Assembly: GCA_965250285.1 (NCBI GenBank)
Contig: OZ252299.1
Location: 1,952,001 to 2,016,000 of the forward strand
From: Myxococcota bacterium
GTDB lineage: Bacteria > Myxococcota_A > UBA9160 > UBA4427
Direction: 5' to 3'
DNA length: 64,000 bases
Under the pieces are notes generated by a model. The model saw only the letters and a list, made by a program, of their open reading frames with translations, searched no databases and was not told the origin of the DNA. The position numbers and the translations under genes were made by a program. Positions 57,563 through 64,000 of this stretch are shown here, piece after piece (the stretch's first letter is position 1; each line of letters opens with the position of its first letter).

Positions 57563-58204
57563 CTAGGCACCGGCCACCGCCGCTTCGTCGAGCCGCTCGA
57601 GGCTCTTCACGATCCAGCGCTCGTACAGTGCCTTCGGGTGCGCGCCGACGATGATGGCCGGGTTGCCGTCGAGCCGTACGGCCGGCACACCCGTCGCACC
57701 CACTTCGAGGGCTTCGTTGTGCTCGGCGAGCACGCGGGGCAGGAACTCGTCGGTCTGGGCGCGCGCGAACGCGTCGGCCGGCAACCCCAGCTCCTGCCAC
57801 AGCGCTTCGAGCACCCAGGGGCGGCTGATGTCCTGGTTCTCGGCGAAGTAGGCGCGCAGCAGTCGATCGTGCACCGCTTCGAACGCCTCGGGCGACACCG
57901 TCGCGGCCGCCTTCGCAACGAGATGCGGCGGGATGCTGTGGGTCGGCGGGCCCTCGTCGCTCTGCCAGACCTGGAAGGTGCCGGCGTCTTCGTCGGCCGC
58001 GGGCCGCATCCAGCTCTCGGTATAGCGCCGGAACTTCTCGAGGTTGCGACTCTCCTTATAGTGGGGTCGCAGCAGGTAGCTCCGGTACTCGTACTGAACG
58101 TCGTCGCGGTAGCGCTCGGCGAGCGCCTTCAGACGCACATCGACGTTGTAGCACCACGGGCAGAGATAGTCGGAATAGACGATGAAGCGGAGTCTCGGTG
58201 CCAT
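57563..58204 (-). CDS. DsbA-family (FrnE-like) oxidoreductase
   Basis: YSDYLCPWCY, GATGVP, GAHP. Confidence 0.88.
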   Translation of the reverse strand: MAPRLRFIVYSDYLCPWCYNVDVRLKALAERYRDDVQYEYRSYLLRPHYKESRNLEKFRRYTESWMRPAADEDAGTFQVWQSDEGPPTHSIPPHLVAKAAATVSPEAFEAVHDRLLRAYFAENQDISRPWVLEALWQELGLPADAFARAQTDEFLPRVLAEHNEALEVGATGVPAVRLDGNPAIIVGAHPKALYERWIVKSLERLDEAAVAGA

Positions 58205-58246
58205 GGTGCCTCTCCCTCGGCCAGCCGTTCTCTGCGCGGGCGCGCG

Positions 58247-58726
58247 CTACTTCTCGAACCGCCCGTACGACCCGCGATAGAAGAGCAGCGGCTCGCCTTC
58301 GCGTGCCTGGCTCGCGACGATCTCGCCGACGTAGATGACGTGGTCACCCGCGTCGTGCGTTGCGATCAGCCGGCAGTCGAGATGGACGAGCGAGCCCGGC
58401 ACGAGCGGCGCGCCGGTCTCGAGCTCGAAGGTCTCGAGCCCGTCGAAGCGCTCATGCTCGAGCTTCTTCGACGCGAAGCGGTTCGATAGATCCTGCTGCT
58501 GGGTCGTCAAGACATTCACGCCGAAGCACTTGCCCTCGGCGATCAGGTCGGTCGTGATCGAGCCCTTGGCGGCGCACACCGAGGCGAGCGGCGGGGTGAG
58601 GCTCACCCCGCTGAAGTCGCTGACCGTCATCCCGTGAATGCGATCGCCGGCCCGGGACGTGACGATGGTGACGCCGCTCGCCCAGTGGCTGAGCGCTTCC
58701 TTGAATTCGTCGACTGAGATCGCCAC
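58247..58726 (-). CDS. Flavin reductase family protein
   Basis: WASGVTIVT, GMTVS, VSLTPPL, AGDHVIYVG. Confidence 0.92.
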   Translation of the reverse strand: MAISVDEFKEALSHWASGVTIVTSRAGDRIHGMTVSDFSGVSLTPPLASVCAAKGSITTDLIAEGKCFGVNVLTTQQQDLSNRFASKKLEHERFDGLETFELETGAPLVPGSLVHLDCRLIATHDAGDHVIYVGEIVASQAREGEPLLFYRGSYGRFEK

Positions 58727-58837
58727 GCAATTCCTTCTTCTGCTCGTTCGGCTGCGTTCGTGCCGCGCCATACGGGGCCGAAGAGCCTAACAGGGATTCG
58801 AAGGGGTGCATCGAAGCCGTCGATGGCGACGCGGCGC

Positions 58838-60169
58838 TCAATGGGCGTGTCGACCGATCCAGACCAGGGTGAGATCCATGACGTTCGTTCCCGTCGGCCC
58901 GGTGCGCAGCAGGTCGTCACTCGCTTCGAGCGCGGGGAGCGCATCGTGTCGCGCGAGCGCAGAGGCCGGATCGATCCCGCTTGCGCGCATGCGTGCAGCC
59001 GACTCGACGTCGACGAGGCCGCCTGCGGCGTCGGTCGGACCGTCGGTGCCGTCGCTGCCCGCTGCGAGCACGGCGATCTCGGTCGCCTGCTCGCCTTCCA
59101 GATCGAGCGCCGCGGCGAGGGCGAGCTCCTGGTTGCGGCCGCCCTGCCCCGGCTGGTCGCCGAGCCGAACGGTGGTCTCGCCCCCGACGACGAGCGCGAT
59201 CGGCTCGCGCATCGAGCCTGATGCGGCCAGCGCGCGAGAGAGACACGCGATCTGGCGGCCGCGCGCGTGCGCCTCCCCGGTCAGTCGGTCACCCAACACG
59301 TGCACCCGAGCGCCGGCCCGGTCGAGTCGCGCGGCCGCCGCATCGAGCGCGTCTCGATTGCGCGCGACGAGACGCGGATGAACTCGCGCGAAGAGCGGAT
59401 CGTCCTCGGCCGGCGCATCGCGGCGCGCCCCGGTCGCGCCGCCTTCGAGCAGGCCTCGGACCGATGCGGGCAGCGCACCGAGCACACCCCTTCGCTCCAC
59501 GATGCGCAGCGCGTCACCGAAGTCGCTGGGGTCGGGCGTACAGGGGCCGCTGGCGATCGAGGCGACGTCGTCCCCCACGACGTCGGAGACGATCCAGACG
59601 TCGATGCGCCGGGCCGGGCTCGCGGCCGCGAGACGACCGGCGGCAACCGCGGCCAGGCGCTTGCGTACGACGTTCATCTCTTCGATCGGCGCCCCACTCG
59701 CGAGGAGCGCCTCGCTCGTGCGCGCGAGGTCGTCGAGCGCGAGCCCGTCGACCGGCGTCGCGACCAGCGCGGAGGTCCCGCCCGAGAGCAGCACGAGCAG
59801 GCGCGCCTGCGCCGGCACTTCGGCCGCGAAGCCGAGCACGCGACGGCCGGCTTCGGCGCAGCGCGCGTCGGGGATCGGGTGCGCGGTCTCGACGACCGGC
59901 CAGGCGTCGAAGCCCGCCGCGTGCCCCTCTTTCGTCACGACGAGGCCGCGTGCCGCGCGGCGACCGAGGCGCGCGTGTGCAGCGCGGGCCATCGGGGCCG
60001 CGGCCTTGCCGAGCGCGAGCACGTGGACGCTGCCGGGCGTGTCGTCGACGAAGGCCGCGTCGCCTTCGGCGGTCTCGAATGCGCGGGTGACCGACCGCTC
60101 GCCATCGACGCGGTCGAGCGCGTCGACGAGGGCGGCGCGCAAGGCGGCGCGCCCGGGCGTGTCGGTCAC
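58838..60169 (-). CDS. Glycerate 2-kinase (TtuD/MOFRL family)
   Basis: GKAA, HPIPD, LSGGTSAL, SDVVGD, IASGP, GGETTV, GGRNQE, GPTGTNVMD. Confidence 0.92.
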   Translation of the reverse strand: MTDTPGRAALRAALVDALDRVDGERSVTRAFETAEGDAAFVDDTPGSVHVLALGKAAAPMARAAHARLGRRAARGLVVTKEGHAAGFDAWPVVETAHPIPDARCAEAGRRVLGFAAEVPAQARLLVLLSGGTSALVATPVDGLALDDLARTSEALLASGAPIEEMNVVRKRLAAVAAGRLAAASPARRIDVWIVSDVVGDDVASIASGPCTPDPSDFGDALRIVERRGVLGALPASVRGLLEGGATGARRDAPAEDDPLFARVHPRLVARNRDALDAAAARLDRAGARVHVLGDRLTGEAHARGRQIACLSRALAASGSMREPIALVVGGETTVRLGDQPGQGGRNQELALAAALDLEGEQATEIAVLAAGSDGTDGPTDAAGGLVDVESAARMRASGIDPASALARHDALPALEASDDLLRTGPTGTNVMDLTLVWIGRHAH

Positions 60170-60188
60170 ACGCGACCTCGCGTTCGCA

Positions 60189-61109
60189 TCAGGGCGTCGC
60201 GTTGGAGGAGGAGGCGGCGTCCGTCGCGGCCACGTCTTCGAGCGCCGGCTCGTCGAGGGGCAGCAGCCGGATCTCGATCCGCCGATTCATCGCGCGCCCC
60301 TCGGCCGAATCGTTGGCCGCGAGCGGCCTGTACTCGGCGAACGACGCGACGATCAGCCGATCGCCCGAGACGCCCTCCTCCTGCAGCAGGCGTGCGACGC
60401 GCGCGGCCCGGGCGGCACCGAGCTCCCAGTTCGTCGGGAATCGCTTCGACAGCGTGCCGCGAATCGGGACGTTGTCGGTGTGCCCCTGGACCTCGACGTG
60501 ATGGTCGAGCTCGGCCAGCTGCGCCGCGACCTTGCCGAGCACGTCGCGGCCGATGCCGTCGAGCTGCGCCGAGCCCGGGGCGAAGAGCACGTCGTCGGCC
60601 ACGTTCACGCGCAGCCCCTCTTTCAGCTGCTCGATCTGGATCTGCCCGGCGGCCAGCTCGGCTTCGAGATCCGAGACGAGATTGGTGTAGGTCGAGTTCA
60701 GCTTCTCGACCTCGGCCGAGGTCTTCGCCAGCTCGGCCTGCGACTTCTCGAGCTCGGTCGAGGTCGTGGCGAGCTGCACCGACAGCTCACGCTCGGTTTC
60801 GCTGAGCGACGCGACGCGCGACTCGAGATCCTGTCTCGAGATCCGCTCGTCCTCGAAATCCTCGAGGAGCGTCTCGAGCTCCTGGGCGAGGCTCTCGTTG
60901 CTGATGCGCGCGTTCTCGAGCTGCTGCTCGAGCGCCATGCGCTGCTGATCGAGCTGGTCGCGTTCGGCGACGACCTCGCCGTGCTTGCCGGAGCTGACGC
61001 AAGCCGTGGTCGCGGCGATCGCGAGCGACCCGACGATCGTGAAGGCGAGCGTGCGCCGGCGGTCAGACCGCGGCGACGTCGGTCGAGAGGGTGTGTTCGA
61101 GCGCTTCAT
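60189..61109 (-). CDS. OmpA/MotB-family coiled-coil lipoprotein
   Basis: TTACVS lipobox-like segment; coiled coil; LFAPGSA, GHTD, NWELGAARA, NRRIEI. Confidence 0.88.
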   Translation of the reverse strand: MKRSNTPSRPTSPRSDRRRTLAFTIVGSLAIAATTACVSSGKHGEVVAERDQLDQQRMALEQQLENARISNESLAQELETLLEDFEDERISRQDLESRVASLSETERELSVQLATTSTELEKSQAELAKTSAEVEKLNSTYTNLVSDLEAELAAGQIQIEQLKEGLRVNVADDVLFAPGSAQLDGIGRDVLGKVAAQLAELDHHVEVQGHTDNVPIRGTLSKRFPTNWELGAARAARVARLLQEEGVSGDRLIVASFAEYRPLAANDSAEGRAMNRRIEIRLLPLDEPALEDVAATDAASSSNATP

Positions 61110-63549
61110 CGATGGTCCCCACGTAGTGAAGGTGGAGACCCCTTAGCAGCTCGGCATCGATCTCGTCCACGTCTCGCTGGTTCTTCTCGGGCAGCACGAC
61201 GTGTTCGACCCCGGCTCGCTTGGCGGCCAACACCTTCTCCTTGATCCCGCCGACCGGGAGCACCTTGCCCCGCAGCGTGATCTCGCCGGTCATGGCCACC
61301 CGCGGCGTGGGGAGACGCCCGGTGAGCAGCGAAGCGAGCGAGGTGACCATGGCCACACCCGCCGACGGCCCGTCTTTCGGGACGGCGCCGGACGGCACGT
61401 GGACGTGGAGGTCGGCCTTCTCGAACGCGTCCTCTGCGATCCCGAGCTCGCCGGCGTGGCTTCTCAGCCACGTTCGTGCGGCCTCGACCGATTCCCGCAT
61501 GACATCGCCCAGCGAGCCCGTGAGCTTGAGCCCCCCTTCGCCCGCCATCTGGGTCGACTCGATGAAGAGGATGTCGCCGCCCACGGGCGTCCAGGCGAGC
61601 CCCACGGCCACGCCCGGCTGACGATCCTCCTCGACGATGTCGGGCTCGCTCTTGATCGGGCCCAGAAGGTCGATCAGGTCGTCGGGCTTCACGTGGAAGG
61701 GGCCCTTGTCTTCGTCCTCGGCCACCCGGCGGGCGATCTTGCGGCACAGCCCGCCGATCTCGCGCTCGAGGTTGCGCACGCCCGCTTCTCGGGTGTAGCG
61801 CTCGATCACGGCCTGGAGCGTCTCATCGGGGATCTCGAGCTCGACCTGCTCGATGCCGTTCTGCTCGACCTGACGCGGCAGCAGGAACCTTCGGGCGATC
61901 TCGATCTTCTCCTCGAGCGTGTAGCCCGGCAGCTCGATCACCTCCATGCGGTCGCGCAGCGCCGCCGGCACCGGGTCGATCAGGTTCGCCGTCGCGATGA
62001 ACAGCACCTGCGAGAGATCGATCGGCACCTCGAGGTAGTGATCGCTGAACTCGACGTTCTGCTCAGGATCAAGCACCTCGAGCAGCGCCGACGCCGGATC
62101 GCCCCGGCCATCGCTGCCGACCTTGTCGATCTCATCGAGCACGACCACCGGGTTGCGGGTGCCCACCTTGCGCAGGCTCTGCACGATGCGGCCGGGGAGC
62201 GCCCCGACATAGGTGCGCCGATGCCCGCGAATCTCGGCCTCATCGCGCACACCGCCGAGGCTGATGCGCGAGAAGGCTCGATCGAGGGCCCGGGCGATCG
62301 AGCGGCCGAGCGACGTCTTGCCGGTGCCCGGCGGGCCCACGAAGCAGAGGATCGGGCCCTTCAGGTCGCGCTTCAGCGACAGCACCGCGATGTACTCGAC
62401 GATGCGATCCTTGATCTTCTCGAGCCCGTAGTGGTCTTCGTCGAGGATGCGCCGGGCCTCGGCCACGTCGAGGCGATCTTCCGACATCGTCGACCACGGC
62501 AGCTCGGTCATCCACTCGAGGTACGTGCGGATCACGCTGTGTTCGGCGGCCGCGCTCGGGGTCTGCGCGAGGCGCTCGACCTCGCGCATCGCCTGCTTGT
62601 GCGCTTCTTCGGGCAGGCCTGCGGCGTCGATCTTCTCGCGAAAGAGATCGGCGCCCTCTTCACCCTCCTCGCTCTCGCCGAGCTCGCGGCGGATCGCCTC
62701 GAGCTGTTGACGCAGCATGTACTCGCGCTGCGTCTTGCCCATCTCGGTCTGGACCTTCTCCTTGATCTCGGTCTCGATCTCGAGCGCCTCGCTCTCCTTC
62801 TGGAGCTGCGCGAGAACGAAGCGCAGGCGATCGGGGACGTCGCGCTCTTCGAGCACGTGCTGCTTGCCGATCACTTCGAAGTCGAGGTTCGAGCCGACCA
62901 GGTCGGCGAGCTTCGAGGGCTCGTCGAGATTGGCGACGAGCACCTGCAGCTCGTCGCTGAGCCGGGGGCTCTCGCCGACGAGCTGGGAAAATTGCTGGGC
63001 GACGCTGCGGCTGAGCGCCTCGACCTCGACGCTCTCGAGGTCGCCCGTATCGGGTCGAACCGAGACCTGACCGGCGAGATAGGGGTCGGTCTGGTCGAAC
63101 GCGTCGATGTTCACCCGCGCGACGCCCTGCACGAGCAGGCGATACGAGTCATCGGGGAACTTCAGCATCTTCACGACGCGCAACACCGTACCCACCCGAT
63201 GCACATCGTCGGGGCCCGGCGGGCCCTCGACCGGTCGACGCACGGCCGTGCAGACGAGCATGCGGTCGGACCGCATCAGCACGTCGTCGATCAGCCGCTG
63301 CGAGGCCGGCGTGTTCACCAGCAGCGGCGAGAGCAGGTACGGAAAGAGCACGGTGTTCTTGAGGGGCAGGATCGGCAGCGTGTCGGGGATCTCGACGGCC
63401 TCGTCGTCTCCCTCGTCCTCGACGCCCGAGAGCACGCGCACCGCGGTGCCGCCCTGCGCGCGGCTGGGCTCGATCGAGCTCTCGTCGCCGTCGGTCGATC
63501 CCTCGGGCTCGTCTCGCTCGTCCCGCGGGTCTTCGACATCCTCGCTCAT
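61063..63549 (-). CDS. lon: Lon protease, paralog 2
   Basis: LPLKNTVLFP, GPPGTGKTS, RGHRRTYVGALPG, KDGPSAG, GGIKEK. Confidence 0.96.
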   Translation of the reverse strand: MSEDVEDPRDERDEPEGSTDGDESSIEPSRAQGGTAVRVLSGVEDEGDDEAVEIPDTLPILPLKNTVLFPYLLSPLLVNTPASQRLIDDVLMRSDRMLVCTAVRRPVEGPPGPDDVHRVGTVLRVVKMLKFPDDSYRLLVQGVARVNIDAFDQTDPYLAGQVSVRPDTGDLESVEVEALSRSVAQQFSQLVGESPRLSDELQVLVANLDEPSKLADLVGSNLDFEVIGKQHVLEERDVPDRLRFVLAQLQKESEALEIETEIKEKVQTEMGKTQREYMLRQQLEAIRRELGESEEGEEGADLFREKIDAAGLPEEAHKQAMREVERLAQTPSAAAEHSVIRTYLEWMTELPWSTMSEDRLDVAEARRILDEDHYGLEKIKDRIVEYIAVLSLKRDLKGPILCFVGPPGTGKTSLGRSIARALDRAFSRISLGGVRDEAEIRGHRRTYVGALPGRIVQSLRKVGTRNPVVVLDEIDKVGSDGRGDPASALLEVLDPEQNVEFSDHYLEVPIDLSQVLFIATANLIDPVPAALRDRMEVIELPGYTLEEKIEIARRFLLPRQVEQNGIEQVELEIPDETLQAVIERYTREAGVRNLEREIGGLCRKIARRVAEDEDKGPFHVKPDDLIDLLGPIKSEPDIVEEDRQPGVAVGLAWTPVGGDILFIESTQMAGEGGLKLTGSLGDVMRESVEAARTWLRSHAGELGIAEDAFEKADLHVHVPSGAVPKDGPSAGVAMVTSLASLLTGRLPTPRVAMTGEITLRGKVLPVGGIKEKVLAAKRAGVEHVVLPEKNQRDVDEIDAELLRGLHLHYVGTIDEALEHTLSTDVAAV

Positions 63550-63652
63550 GCGCACTCCACGCGGATCGAATCGCGGCTCGCGCCGATGCTCCACCGGCAC
63601 TTCGATGCATTCACCACTCGGGTCGTTCACTCGTTCTCCGTGCGACACGACG

Positions 63653-64000
63653 TCACTCGACGTCGATCTGCCGGCGGGCCGGCAGGTGCTTGGGCAGATG
63701 AATGGTGAGGAAGCCGTCCTCGAGATGGGCGCCGACCTTTTCGCGGTCGAACGGGACGCTGATCCGCACCTCGCGCTCGAAGGGTCCGAACGCGATCTCC
63801 ATGCGATGCAGCCGCCGCGCGCTGGGGGCCGACGGAACCCGCCGGACCCCACTCACGCGCAGCAGCTCGCCGTCGACCTGAACTTTCAGGTCTTCGCCTC
63901 GCACGCCGGCGATCTCCACGCGCACGACGATGGCGTCGTCGGTCTCGAAGACGTCCATCGCCGGCTGCCAGCGATCACCGCGGAGGCGGTCGGAGAACTC
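63653..64000 (-). CDS. Hsp20/alpha-crystallin protein (5'-truncated by window edge)
   Basis: WQPAMDVFET, RMEIAFGPFER, DGFLTIHLPK; upstream of lon. Confidence 0.9.
   Translation of the reverse strand, partial: EFSDRLRGDRWQPAMDVFETDDAIVVRVEIAGVRGEDLKVQVDGELLRVSGVRRVPSAPSARRLHRMEIAFGPFEREVRISVPFDREKVGAHLEDGFLTIHLPKHLPARRQIDVE

Noticed and set aside
53600..58726. Genomic island at tRNA-Leu(GAG)
   Set aside because: No integrase or att repeat detected; codon usage matches the flanks.
60189..61109. Flagellar stator motB
   Set aside because: No motA partner and no MotB TM Asp motif; the architecture is lipoprotein, coiled coil and OmpA-like domain.

Overview
High-GC (roughly 70% by eye), densely coding bacterial chromosome segment. 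Gene content (RomR-like regulator, MglA-like GTPase, two Lon paralogs, PilZ, sigma-54 activator) points to Myxococcota or a related deltaproteobacterial lineage; this is inference. It holds about 55 CDS and two tRNA-Leu genes, and I found no integrase, transposase, prophage or CRISPR array. Blocks in order: GT4/methyltransferase cluster; signalling block (histidine kinase, response regulators, sigma-54 activator, FliA/WhiG sigma factor, PP2C, RomR-like); nadC-birA-coaX; MglA-like GTPase plus GAF protein; ald-sat-JAB-Rrf2; ABC-F and rnr; lipid catabolism genes; lon; polysaccharide genes; gpgS-like; PilZ; dinB-like plus acylase-like; pgk-tpiA-secG; redox genes; ompA/motB-lon-hsp20. Most notable signals: (1) a recurring TCAA-N16-(G/A/T)CCGA sigma-28-type promoter upstream of six non-flagellar units, with the fliA-like gene itself behind a clear sigma-54 promoter next to a sigma-54 activator; (2) a two-TM, coiled-coil protein ending in a RelE-like domain with no antitoxin; (3) an MglA-like GTPase lacking its catalytic Arg and Gln, coupled to a GAF/degenerate-GGDEF protein; (4) a translationally coupled pair of apparently dead enzymes (Ntn acylase and DinB). 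All product calls come from motif recognition by eye, not database searches.
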